DNA of 64,000 bases from assembly GCA_010909165.1 (NCBI GenBank), contig VJWM01000117.1:310001-374000 (forward strand). The letters run 5' to 3'. Shown in pieces: positions 25,984 to 37,593 of the stretch (positions within the stretch are counted from its first letter, which is position 1; the number at the start of each line of letters is the position of its first letter). The notes under the pieces were generated by a model. That model did no database searches. It had not been told where the DNA came from and worked only from the letters and a program-made list of their open reading frames with translations. A program made the translations under genes and the position numbers. Origin of the DNA: Anthoceros angustus (lineage: Eukaryota > Plantae > Anthocerotophyta).

Positions 25984-26559
25984 GCTGCAATTTTCCAACG
26001 CCAGCCGGCATTAGTGAAGAAGGAGCCACATGCACTTGACATGGTGGGCTTGCTTGTAGGAGAGTTTTCTGGCTGCAACGATGCCTTACAGCTCACGAGC
26101 CGCGATGTATGTATCGAATGTTGCTGAGAAAAAACCTGTGCATGTATCGGGCTACATGCTCAGCGCCTATGCACATGCATACGTAGGCAACTCCATTAAG
26201 TAAATGCTGCCTCCACCCCCACGCGAGCCACGCGCCGCACCTACCCTAGTGGATGTTGCTTTAAGGGCGCTTGCTCAAATCATTTTCTTTTTTATATTAT
26301 CGTTATCATGTAAAATATATTTTATACATAGTCAAAATCATTTAGATCACCAAGTTCAATTCTATTTTAGGTTGAGGATAGTTCTATTTTATGTTGCGTC
26401 TGTTTTTCTACTTGGTCCATTTCTTTAACTTAGAAATAAATTCATCTTTAAATGAGAGCCTTTGTCTCTACGCTTACAAGGTCTTGAAGTCTAAGAAGTA
26501 CTATCTTTTAGTACTCAGAAGTCAAAATATCTACAAGTACTATTCACGAAGTCATAGAA

Positions 26560-28715
26560 TAAGAAAAGACTCTCATCCCATGAGAGGAAGACTTCGTTTT
26601 AGTATTCAACAATCATAATATGTATAATTACTATAAGAAAAGACTCTCATCCCATGAGAGGAAGACTTCGTCTTAGTATTCAGCAATCATAATATTTATA
26701 TTACTATCAAGAAGACTGAACAAGAAGATAGTCTGAACAATCCGTGTAAGATTAGATTAAATATATTTTTTATTATATATTTTGAAAATTCATAATAACT
26801 CAATGACTCAATTTATAAAGTAGTTTGTGGTGATGACGGTTGGAGATTAATCCTCGATAAAGCTCAATAATATATGGGCTATTCCATCTACTCTAGTTAT
26901 GACACCAAAGGGGTTGGAGATAACTTTAAATATGAAGCTTAGTTGCTCCTTTTTTATTGCAATCCTTTGGGTCTCGCCAAATCTTACGACTAGGTAGGTC
27001 TTAAGACTAGGTAAGACTAAAAGAAAAAGACTTGATAGTTCATCAAATAAGATGTCGATCTGCCGGCCTTACGTAAGCACGTAGTGTCATCTCATGGCTG
27101 CCTAGTGTAGAAAGCCAGCATCTAGTATTTGCGTGTACCAAATGCTAGCTGGTACACGCAAACAAGCAGATTTGCTAGATAGGTAGAATAGCAAATCTGA
27201 TTGGCAAACATCAAGTCTTACTACCCACCCTCGCACCTTGCGCGCATAATCGTGATAAGCACTAGTTGCAAGGATGCTATCATACAATCGCACTCTGTTT
27301 GGAGTTTTCCAGTCACTATCAATCTAATACACACATTTGACTCATTATGTGCTTGTCAGTCTACTTCAGAACTTGCAATATCAACACTTCACAACCCGCA
27401 CATTCACAATTCCTCCCATCATCCTGATACATTTGACTCATTGCGTGCTTGTCAGTCTACTTCAGAACTTGCAATATCAACACTTCACAACCCGCACATT
27501 CACAATTCCTCCCATCATCCTGATATCACATCATCTAATGGTATTGCCTCGATCACCTCACAACTCTGCTAAGCATCCACACATCAGTAAGGCACACTAG
27601 CACTCGTGCAATCTTGTTCTTCACAACTTAGCACACAGATGCCATACTACCCACAATGACGGTACACAAGGAGGACTACCTAGCAGCTATTAGACTCATC
27701 TTGGTAGATGGTCTGATACTTTTGCTTCCTTTACTACCTACAATGACGTACACAAGGAAGACCACCTAGCAGCTATTAGACGGTACACAAGGAGGAATAC
27801 CTAGCAGCTATTAGACTCATCTTGGTAGCTGCTCTTATACTTTTGCTTCCCTTACTACCTACAATGATGTACACAAGGAAGACCACCTAGCAGATATTAG
27901 ACTCATCCTAGTATTTGCTCTTATACTTCTGCTTCCCTTACTACCTACAATGACGTACACAAGGAAGATCACCTTATAGCTATTAGACTCATCTTATTAG
28001 TTGCTCTTACTACCCAGAATGATAGTACACAAGGAAAAGCACCTTGCAACTATTAGACTCATCTTGGTAGCTGCTCTTATACTTCTGCTTTGCACAATTT
28101 GCCCTTGCTCTAGCTCATTGATAACTGCCCTCCTATACTTCTGCTTTGCACAATTTGCCCTTGCTCTAGCTCATTGATAACTGCCCTCCTATACTTCTGC
28201 TTTGCACAATTTGCCCTTGCTCTAGCTCATTGATAACTGCCCTCCGTGTGAGCTCAGCGCTCTCGTTGCCAGCCATCTTGCAATTACTTTGCCCTAGCAG
28301 TTACTACTTCCGCCACATATATAAGGAACTACACAAAGACCAACACACATTTATAGTCAGTTGCAAATACTTATTCTTATTGGTACTTGACAGTAGTGAT
28401 AGTAGAAGAAGAAGGAATCATCTATTATAGTCCACTTGGATGGAATTTTCCTATCGTGGGACTTGGCTATATGGGTAGTGATAGTAGAAGATCCAAAAGA
28501 ACTCTATTATAGTTCACTTGGATGAAATTTCCTATTATGGATAGCATGGGCGTTGGCTACATATGTAGTAATAGTAGAAGAAAAAAGAAGAAGTCTATTA
28601 TAGTCCACTTGGATTGAATTTTCTCATAAGAAGAAGTCTATTATAGTCCACTTGGATTCAATTTTCTTATAAGAAGAAGTCTATTATAATCCACTTGGAT
28701 TGAATTTTCTTATAA
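26560..28715. repeat. AT-rich island of several unrelated short tandem arrays (probable non-autonomous TE relic)
   Basis: ~70-bp x2 (26565-26695); 96-bp x2 (~27334-27525); 6-7 diverged copies of a CTACCTAGCAGCTATTAGACTCATC module (~27645-28075); 56-bp x3 (~28078-28245); ~40-bp x3 plus diverged copies of AGAAGTCTATTATAGTCCACTTGGATT (~28400-28715). Confidence 0.8.
27128..27199. other. Twin perfect inverted repeats (two adjacent hairpins)
   Basis: TTTGCGTGTACCA-9nt-TGGTACACGCAAA (27128-27162) and CAGATTTGCTA-11nt-TAGCAAATCTG (27167-27199). Confidence 0.9.
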
Positions 28716-29213
28716 GGGCAAATTATGCCATGTCGTTACCCAGCTCGTTCCTATAAAGGTGTCCATGTGGTCACACATTGCATAGGTACTCATGTATGTA
28801 CATAGCATTATGCAGGGGAAACGAAAAGAAAAGGTGGGCTGAGTGACAAAGGAAAGGAAGGGGTAGGTGTCGTGCTCCGTCGGTCGCAAAGCACAGGCCT
28901 GAGCCGCTGCAGTGCGGAGACGACAGCCTACGGCGGCTCCAGCGTTTTTCTACCCTTCTGCTTGCTGCCGTTTTGTTGGGCTGGTTTGCACAGGTCAGTG
29001 TTTCTCGCTGCTGAAGCGGTGCTGTTTTGGCGGATCTCATCGTGGGATCTGAGCATCCAGCCAGCTGCAATACGCTATTGCGATCTGCCCAGCTGATTGC
29101 GGGAGGTTGCACAGATTAGGCATTTGAGAGTGTGCGGATCTGGCCATTCTTTGCCGGAAATGGCTTCCGGGATCTGATTGTTGTGGCCTGCTCTGGTGCA
29201 GTGACCTGCTGCC

Positions 29214-31463
29214 ATGGAGGCCAGTGTTCGGGCCGTGGAGGCCTACCGACGGAGCCGCATGGTGGATAGTGTGACCACGGAGGACGATAAGATTGCTGCG
29301 GTGTACCGGCTGGAGGAGGTGTGCTCCACGCTGCGATCTGCGCCTTCGGATGTGGTAAAGGAGATGGTGTTGTACATCATGAAGCGGCTGGAGCACAAGA
29401 GCCCCGTGGTGAAGCAGAAGGTGCTGCGGCTGATCAAGTTCGCTGCGCCCAAGGGGGGAGTGGATTTCAAGAGGGAGATGCAGCGGCAGGGTGGCACAGT
29501 GCGGCAGTTAGTGCACTACAGGGGCCAGATGGATGCTCTGAAAGGAGATTCCCTGAACAAGGCCGTGAGGGAGACCGCTCAGGAAGCTCTGACTGCTCTG
29601 TTTTCGGAGGAGCGGCAGGGAGTGGTTCAGGAGGAGGCGGGAACTGCTGGGAGGAGGATTCAGGGTTTTGGCAACACTCCCGTGGACCGACCCCTCGATG
29701 ACACTCCCAAGACCATACTGGGAGGGATGATCGGGTTTGGCAGTGCTTCTTTGATGAAGGGGATCAACATGGTGACTGGAGGACAGGGTGGAGACGTTCC
29801 GTCTGGTTACATGAGCAGTTCCGGGGGAGGTCTTCGGGGGCCTACCACAGGGTTGAGACGGTCTCTTACTGCGGAACGTGAGCGAGACCGTGATAGGGAC
29901 AAATATGACAAGTATGATGCCAAGGAGGTGGCTGGGGCTCCGGAGTCGGAGGATCCACGGGCTTCCACGTCGGAGCGTGCTGCCAAGGTGAGCGGTGGGA
30001 GGGAAGGGTCGACTGAGAGGAGAGCGAGCACGCAAGAGGAAAGGCTTTTGGACACCATCACTGCGGCTGGGGGTGTCCGCCTGCACCCTACACGGGATGC
30101 TCTGCAGGCGTTCCTCACAGATGCAACGAAGCTGGATGCCCTCAATCTTTGCAATGCGGTGGAAAGGAAGCTGCAAGCGCACTCCTGGCAGGTCCGGTTG
30201 AAGGCTATGTGTGTGTTGGAAGCTCTGCTGAGACAAAGGGAGGTCAAAACGTTTGGTAAAGTTGCGGAACTGTTCGAGGATGATAGCAGTATCGTGAATG
30301 AATGCCTGAAGTCTCCACAGATGTCGCTGAGGGAGAAGACCAAGAAGGTACTGGATCTACTAGGAGTTTCACAGGATGTCAGCGGGTCAGAAGATGGCAG
30401 GGGAGTTAATCTTAAGCTGCCTCCTCCCCCACCTCCCCCAGGTGGTGGTGTTGGCGGTGTCGCTGCTATTCCTGCACCCGTTGTTGCTGCGGCACTGCCA
30501 GACCTTTTAGACACCGATGACTGGGATTTCTCTGGGAACGCTGATGTCACGAAGGATGACTCTGTTGTCCGAGATGAATTGCAGCAGAAACAAGCAGATG
30601 TTGCAGAGCAAAGTGACATTCTAGGCAGTAGCGACTGGTCTGCTACCTTTCAGGATGATGCTGACCTGGAAGGCTCAGACCCATTTGCCGGAATGGCTGT
30701 TCACCCTGTGAAGGATGTTAACCCGGAACCTGCAGTGCCAGATTTGTTTGCTGGAATGGAGGCTGCTGATGGCCGAATCTCAGTGAATGGTGCTGCGTCA
30801 GGTTTGGAAAGTAAAGATGACGATGGTCTCTTTGCAGGACTGTCTTTGAACTCCACAGAATCAGCAGCAGGAAGACCTGAACCTGTAGACGGGCTCGCCA
30901 ATCTGATGGCAGGTTTGGCTACCAATGGTGCTCAGAATGGGAGCAGTCCGTTGCATGAGTTTGACACAAATCGACATAGTCAACAGTCCCAGCCTTCTCT
31001 GTCTGGGATCAGTGGCGGATTTCCGTCAAATCTGCCAGATGTGCCTGTTCTCCCTCACGCCCACATGCCAGTGCCCAATTATGCAGCTGGAGCAGTACTC
31101 CAACAGCAGCTCATGCTCATGAACATGTATTCAAGGGGTATTCCTCGTCCTTTTGCACCCGGCCCTAATCCCATGTTGCAGCAAGGCTTTATGCCTGGTT
31201 TCGTGGCCCTTGGTGGTATGAATGCAGCCTTCCCTCCACAACAGGTCGCAGGCGGGCTAAGTGGCTTATCAGCTGCAGGAAATGTTGGAGGTCTGGTGAA
31301 CAGCCATGGCCCCGGGCTGAGCAACTTGTATAGTGATGGCTTTGACTTCTCCAGTGATCCGGTGCCGAGGAATTCAGGTCCTGTTGAAACACCGAAAGAG
31401 GATACGAAGGCATTTGATTTCATTTCGGACCATTTGTCAACCTTGCGGGCGCCAAGAAAATGA
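29214..31463 (+). CDS. MTV1: Tepsin/MTV1-like ENTH/VHS-domain AP-4 accessory protein, intronless
   Basis: 749-aa ORF. N-terminal ENTH (RAVEAYRRSRMVDSVTTEDDK...RLEHKSPVVKQKVLRLIK), second VHS/ENTH-like domain (WQVRLKAMCVLEALL), acidic DLL/DPF/DLF motifs and C-terminal KAFDFISDHL. Confidence 0.92.
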   Translation: MEASVRAVEAYRRSRMVDSVTTEDDKIAAVYRLEEVCSTLRSAPSDVVKEMVLYIMKRLEHKSPVVKQKVLRLIKFAAPKGGVDFKREMQRQGGTVRQLVHYRGQMDALKGDSLNKAVRETAQEALTALFSEERQGVVQEEAGTAGRRIQGFGNTPVDRPLDDTPKTILGGMIGFGSASLMKGINMVTGGQGGDVPSGYMSSSGGGLRGPTTGLRRSLTAERERDRDRDKYDKYDAKEVAGAPESEDPRASTSERAAKVSGGREGSTERRASTQEERLLDTITAAGGVRLHPTRDALQAFLTDATKLDALNLCNAVERKLQAHSWQVRLKAMCVLEALLRQREVKTFGKVAELFEDDSSIVNECLKSPQMSLREKTKKVLDLLGVSQDVSGSEDGRGVNLKLPPPPPPPGGGVGGVAAIPAPVVAAALPDLLDTDDWDFSGNADVTKDDSVVRDELQQKQADVAEQSDILGSSDWSATFQDDADLEGSDPFAGMAVHPVKDVNPEPAVPDLFAGMEAADGRISVNGAASGLESKDDDGLFAGLSLNSTESAAGRPEPVDGLANLMAGLATNGAQNGSSPLHEFDTNRHSQQSQPSLSGISGGFPSNLPDVPVLPHAHMPVPNYAAGAVLQQQLMLMNMYSRGIPRPFAPGPNPMLQQGFMPGFVALGGMNAAFPPQQVAGGLSGLSAAGNVGGLVNSHGPGLSNLYSDGFDFSSDPVPRNSGPVETPKEDTKAFDFISDHLSTLRAPRK

Positions 31464-31586
31464 AGACGTTGTCTTCACCATCTACCTATCAACTTGGAAC
31501 AAGATGCTTGATTGGGAGACAGTGGACAGCATGGTGGACTTTTGTTCATGGTATCTTTGAAAACCTCAGTATGAAGCGCATATTTA

Positions 31587-34500
31587 CTCTTGCATCAAAG
31601 TTGGTAACAGTCCTGCATGATATAGCATCCAAGGATGCTGAAAGCAGAAGAACTACTTGGATGGGGCTTTATGAAATTTTCTGCAGGCACACCTGCCCAA
31701 GTTAAAGTCCTTTGTAAGTATTCTGGAGGCAATTTTGCAGACTATCTGCCCAAGTTAAGTCCTTTGTAGTGTTCCTAGAAGGGCAGTTTTGCAGGCCAGC
31801 AGCTGCAGTGCAAGCTACCGCAGCTTGTGTCTTAATCTGTTCTAAAGTTAGGAGGAGCCTGACACACATTTCTTGTGTGCAGCTGAGTTCAAAGCTGGAG
31901 CTGTCTTACATACAAGCGCGTCTTTGGTTGGAACTTGGGTGGGGCACACAATGTCAAGCATCGTTTGGCCTACAAAGACCAGTTATCTGTGACTGGTCAG
32001 GGCTTTAGTCGCTTGGACTTTATTTTTACTCTCGGTTAACCTTCAAAAACAGTGTTCCAAGTCCCACCAGCCAACCGATTTCATAGGCATCGTTAAAGAA
32101 GTGTTTACCAGTGGAGAACTTTATCTCACAACGCCGTTAGTTAGCCCCTCTTGTCCTGTACACAGTCCCCCAAACTTTTCACGGGAGCATTTTTTAATTG
32201 AAGACGAGCGCCGGGCTTCGGTCCCGGTACTAGCTGCGGCGGTCGGCAAAGTTGTCGGTCCCGATCCCGGTCCCCGTTTTCTAGAACTGACGGTCCCGTA
32301 AAGTGCCGTCCAAAGTTGATCATTTTATAATTCATTGAGATATTTTATGGAGATGTGATCCATATTAATTGAGGTTCTAACGTATGTACATAGTTAGTTG
32401 AAAACGAGAGTCCCAAAAAAAGCCGGTCCTTGTCTCGTGCAAAACCGAAGTAAGTGGAAATTGGCGGTCCCAAAACCGAAAGAATAGCCGGTCAAAATGA
32501 ACCTTTAGACTATCCACCAACCGAAAGTGGCCGGGCAAAATGAATCTATGGACTCCATGCTCGAATTCATGCAGGACCATGCAAAAGATTTTCGTTTCAT
32601 TAAACAATAAGATTGAATATTTATACTTTAATATATTATTATTCTATATATATCTATTGTACTAATGTAGAGACTTTATAAATATGCATAAATGAGAAGT
32701 CCCATCTACACCGGGTCGATGGGGAACAACCCTCTAGAGACCCCAGGCCAAGGGGGACTAGGCCCCCCAAATGTCTACTCTGAAGCTACCTACCGCTCCC
32801 AAGATGTCATAGTTTGGAATAGAGAAGAGCCTACCAACAACCGGACTGAAGATGCTACGTTCCCTGAGTTCGAAGCTTGTCCTGAAAATTGCGCTTGCCA
32901 ATGCCCTTCGCAGAGCAATGGATACTCTTTGTCGGAAGAAAGCCATCACACATGAAAGAGGGAGAACTACCCTATTCTTGCGGATATGGTATGCTTTAAC
33001 ACAAGCCTCGATTACTCTCGAGAAGTCCTTTCCTATGCCCCATGAGTCTCAAGTCTCAATAGCAAGGGTAATTAAAGTATGGCCTTTTTGCATGGGGAAG
33101 TACTTGTGAATCTTGCTTGTAGTGCATTCCTCTTGCATCAAAGTTGGTAACAGTCCTGCATGATATAGCATCCAAGGATGCTGAAAGCAGAAGAACTACT
33201 TGGATGGGGCTTTATGAAATTTTCTGCAGGCACACCTGCCCAAGTTAAGTCCTTTGTAAGTATTCTGGAGGCAATTTTGCAGACTATCTGCCCAAGTTAA
33301 GTCCTTTGTAGTGTTCCTAGAAGGGCAGTTTTGCAGGCCAGCAGCTGCAGTGCAAGCTACCGCAGCTTGTCTTAATCTGTTCTAAAGTTAGGAGGAGCCT
33401 GACACATTTCTTGTGTGCAGCTGAGTTCAAAGCTGGAGCTGTCTTACATACAAGCGCGTCTTTGGTTGGAACTTGGGTGGGGCACAATGTCAAGCATCGT
33501 TTGGCCTACAAAGACCAGTTATCTGTGACTGGTCAGGGCTTTAGTCGCTTGGACTTTATTTTTACTCTCGGTTAACCTTCAAAAACAGTGTTCCAAGTCC
33601 CACCAGCCAACCGATTTCATAGGCATCGTTAAAGAAGTGTTTACCAGTGGAGAACTTTATCTCACAACGCCGTTAGTTAGCCCCTCTTGTCCTGTACACA
33701 GTCCCCCAAACTTTTCACGGGAGCATTTTTTAATTGAAGACGAGCGCCGGGCTTCGGTCCCGGTACTAGCTGCGGCGGTCGGCAAAGTTGTCGGTCCCGA
33801 TCCCGGTCCCCGTTTTCTAGAACTGACGGTCCCGTAAAGTGCCGTCCAAAGTTGATCATTTTATAATTCATTGAGATATTTTATGGAGATGTGATCCATA
33901 TTAATTGAGGTTCTAACGTATGTACATAGTTAGTTGAAAACGAGAGTCCCAAAAAGCCGGTCCTTGTCTCGCAAAACCGAGTAAGTGGAAATTGGCGGTC
34001 CCAAAACCGAAAGAATAGCCGGTCAAAATGAACCTTTAGACTATCCACCGAAAGTGGCGGGCAAAATGAATCTATGGACTCCATGCTCGAATTCATGCGG
34101 GGACCATGCAAAAGATTTTCGTTTCATTAAACAATAAGATTGAATATTTATACTTTAATATATTATTATTCTATATATATCTATTGTACTAATGTAGAGA
34201 CTTTATAAATATGCATAAATGAGAAGTCCCATCTACACCGGGTCGATGGGGAACAACCCTCTAGAGACCCCAGGCCAAGGGGGACTAGGCCCCCCAAATG
34301 TCTACTGTCTGAGCTACCTACCGCCTCCCAGATGATGTCATAGTTTGGAATAGAAGAGCCTACCAACTGCGGGATGAAGATGCTACGTTCCCCGAGTTCA
34401 AGCTTGTCACGAAAATTGCCAATGCCCCGAGCAATGGATACTCTTGTCCAAGAAAGCCATCACACATGAAAGAGGAGAACTACCTATTCTTGCGGATATG

Positions 34501-34645
34501 GTATGCTTTAACACAAGCCTCGATTACTCTCGAGAAGTCCTTTCCTATGCCCCATGAGTCTCAAGTCTCAATAGCAAGGGTAATTAAAGTATGGCCTTTT
34601 TGCATGGGGAAGTACTTGTGAATCTTGCTTGTAGTGCATTCCTCT
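31587..34645. repeat. Tandem duplication of a ~1.5 kb non-coding segment downstream of MTV1 (31587-33129 and 33130-34645)
   Basis: Copies are near-identical in their first halves; copy 2 has many 1-4 bp indels in its second half. CTCT occurs at both outer boundaries and at the junction. Confidence 0.92.
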
Positions 34646-34804
34646 GCCGCAGCTCAACCCAGAGGGTTGATGATGATACGCTCGCACACTGTATGCTAAG
34701 TAGGGTCTATTATAACCATATTTGCAATGTAGACCTGGTACTCCTGGGTCAGAAATAGGTCAGCCATGAGAGGGATGTTGTTAGGCAAAGTACATATATG
34801 GGCG

Positions 34805-35000
34805 CTCCTTCAAAGGACAAAATCCGCTTGTTCAAATGTGGCAGCTTTGAATAAGGGAAAGCTGCTACATGCACAGATTGTAGAACAAGGGCTTCAAGCT
34901 GATGTGTTTGTAGCCGGTAGTCTGATTGACATGTACCCAAAATCTGGGAGCATGGTTGAAGCACAACAGGTGTTTGATGTGTTGCCTGAAAGAGACGTTT
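34805..35000 (+). pseudogene. PLS-PPR pseudogene, 5' fragment (L1-S1 motifs)
   Basis: LLQ..ACSNVAALNKGKLLHAQIVEQGLQADVFVAGSLIDMYPKSGSMVEAQQVFDVLPERDV aligns to the last L-S pair of the 41-45 kb PPR. Confidence 0.85.
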
Positions 35001-35099
35001 GTCACGTTGTTACTATCCTCAGAGGACATGCAATATGCAACAATAGACCCAACTACAACGGAATACGTGACCTAAATGCAGGATGGTGCTTTGCGGACA

Positions 35100-36910
35100 A
35101 AACATGCTCATATACCTTCTCGAGTTTTAAATTGACATAACCCCGGTCTTGGTGAAATCAAGGTACCGATAATGCCGTGCTACCTCGTTCACAAGTTGAT
35201 GAAGAAGCCAATCCATACGCCTTCACAGCAGCGACCTTGGTAAAAGATACTCTTTCCTTCAAGAATCGATGAAAGGCCTCTAGAGCAGATGTGGTATCCT
35301 GTCCAGCGTGGGGAAACATCTTGCAGTTCTTCAACCACATGTCTGGCATAAAGAAATGCGAAACATTATTACACACAGCCGACACCATGTGAACATCCAT
35401 TCAACCAACCCTTACCGCACAAAGAAACTAGTGCACTTTGGGCAAAGAATAATACCTATAGAGTCACCCCACGCTTCTTGAAATACTCAACAAAAGGTGG
35501 TTGACTTCCATGCCACTCCTTGTAGAAGAACTCTAACAATACCTTACCCCATGCGACAGTACCATCTTGTGTATTATGGCCTCTGACATACATGATCTCC
35601 ACAAGAGCTGCCCAAATCTTCTTCCTTGCAATAATGCACTTTACCTTCTTTAAAAGGTTCCGCTGCCATGCCTTCCTTACATGCCATAGACACAACACAA
35701 CATGTATGTTGGCCCCCCATACCTGTTTAAAGGCACCTATCTCTGTTAAACAATCATCAACTAGGAAGCAACTAGGGACCCATGTTGCACATGTTGTAAG
35801 AGCGACATGTCGGAGTGGCGTCACCATGACACCAAAGAAAGTATAGTAGCCTCCTGTGTTAGTGCCCAAGCAACTGGAATACCATTAAGGTGTTGATCAA
35901 AACCATCACCGTAAATAAGTGGTACCTATACTTGTTCATACCAAATGTGGCGTCCATGGCTAAAACACTATTGTTACCATGCTTGATGAACATCGCATGA
36001 AAGGAGTTTGCAACCCTAAAACAAAAGGTTCACCGGTTCGATCTATGGAAGATAAGGTCAAGATTCACTTTGAGCCACATCTCGATGGACTTTACATCAT
36101 CGTGGTCTAGTTTCCACTCACCCGCTTCCACTTGTCGTTTCATGTTCAACACATCCTTGCGCATGTAGTCATCTCGAGCGTCACCACCACGCTCATGTCC
36201 TATGTAGTGACTCATCTTCTCGTACACAACCGCAACATGCCGACGATAATCTCCGACACGAAAACCTTGCAATAAAGACAATGTTTAACCCAATCCTTTT
36301 TCTCTTCGAGATCCAAGGAGCTCTAGACAATTTAGGGTGTCCCACATACTTGCGGACCATGATGATATCACCGCCGATCTCGTGCGCTCTTCATGAAGAA
36401 GGATTTGAGCAACTTCAGGAATAAGCGCAATCGCTTCACAACAAAATTGGCCATACATCCGGTCTTCATGCGCACATTCTTGGGTGTGGTAGCATGAAAT
36501 CCTCCGGTCCATATGAACACCAATACCTACATAGAAACACACGACAAATACCAAGATTTGGCTTCAACTTAAGGCAAAGAAAGCACATGGACAGAGGCCA
36601 CCAAGCCGAAACCCAAATGGTGGAAATTAGTGTAGAGAACTTGGAAGTTGCAGTACGATATATGTGATTGCAGTGTCTAAGGATGGCACAATTGGTGGTG
36701 GTAGTGAATTTTGAGTCATTGAATCTTTCCGATAGAAACTTGCAGCACATTTGAAGCCTTCATCAGAAATAAAATCTTCTACTCTATTCCATGGAATATA
36801 GGCAATCTTCAAATCCTTCAGAACCTGCCAAGTTAGATTATCGGTGCAAAATTGACCAAGCCCTGGAAATTGCACCTTCGGCGGGCACTCAATGGTCGGA
36901 GCACGCTTGG
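35100..36910 (-). mobile_element. Decayed Mutator-like (MULE) transposase, frameshifted, of the plant SWIM-type MULE family
   Basis: Fragments across frames: IAYIPWNRVEDFISDE, YWCSYGPED, LAMDATFGMNKYRYHLFTVMV/FDQHLNGIPVAW (first catalytic Asp region), VVLCLWHVRKAW (CxxH), TTSALEAFHRFLK and RRMDWLLHQLV. TIRs/TSD not identified. Confidence 0.85.
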
Positions 36911-37087
36911 TGGCCAGAATGCTTGGTTTAGGTTAATCTGTTTGTCTTAGGGATGGTTTGTTTGAGACACCCCGCGCTCAGTTCATACTCTCGCGCACGG
37001 TTCTAAAATCAAGCATGGTTGGTTTAGAGCACAACCTCGTTGTGGTGGGTGCACATACTGGGGTTGTGCCGTGCTGGGCAAAATACG

Positions 37088-37190
37088 GCAGTGACATCCT
37101 GTATGCACCGGTACATGGTGTTGCACCGGTACATAGTGACATCCTGTATGCACCGGTACATGGTGTTGCACCGGTACATGGTGTTGCGTT
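37088..37190. repeat. 45-bp direct duplication built from 18-bp GCACCGGTACATGGTGTT subunits upstream of the MULE ORF
   Basis: GTGACATCCTGTATGCACCGGTACATGGTGTTGCACCGGTACAT x2 plus a partial third subunit; the core TGCACCGGTACA is near-palindromic. Confidence 0.8.
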
Positions 37191-37289
37191 TAAAGTATAC
37201 CATGATGAGAAAGAATCGTGATGGGCGAGGCATGGCATGCCACGCCAGATTTCACACGATCAATGCTTCGGAGATTGAGACGCAGGCGG

Positions 37290-37420
37290 GGCACAGAAGG
37301 TGCAGGTGACCAGGAAACAAATCAAGGCTTGGAAGCAGCCAGGTCAGAGCTGGTGGACAGATGAGGATGGACTGGTGCATAGTTTTCTGGTTCGTGATGA
37401 CCAGCACATACTTTCCAGAA
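37290..37420 (+). pseudogene. PLS-PPR pseudogene, 3' fragment (end of E2 and PG/WW box)
   Basis: QKVQVTRKQIKAWKQPGQSWWTDEDGLVHSFLVRDDQ matches the C-termini of the two neighbouring PPR genes. Confidence 0.85.
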
Positions 37421-37593
37421 TGAAGAAAGAAAGGTGGGTCGCATCTCCACCAGTCACTGGCAGACATACGTGATGCTAGGCGGAAAGCTCATTTTCGCAG
37501 GCGTAGCAAGATGCTGGCTGTGCATATCACTATGCAGCAGTGTAATGTGTTTGGGTTTCTTCATTCTTATTATGTTTGTGCCATGCGCATCAG

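Noticed and set aside
29508-30619. 242- and 270-aa antisense ORFs in MTV1
   Set aside because: Antisense shadows of a long GC-rich CDS.
32211-32233. CCGGG-CTTCGGT-CCCGG hairpin followed by TA-CTAG (Helitron-like 3' end)
   Set aside because: Spacing is only 2 nt, the next base is C rather than T, and no matching 5' TC end was found.
33111-33124. TCTTGCTTGTAGTG, the reverse complement of a CACTA-like TIR, near the end of each 1.5-kb duplicate
   Set aside because: No partner CACTA left TIR or TSD found upstream; a 9-bp match could be chance.
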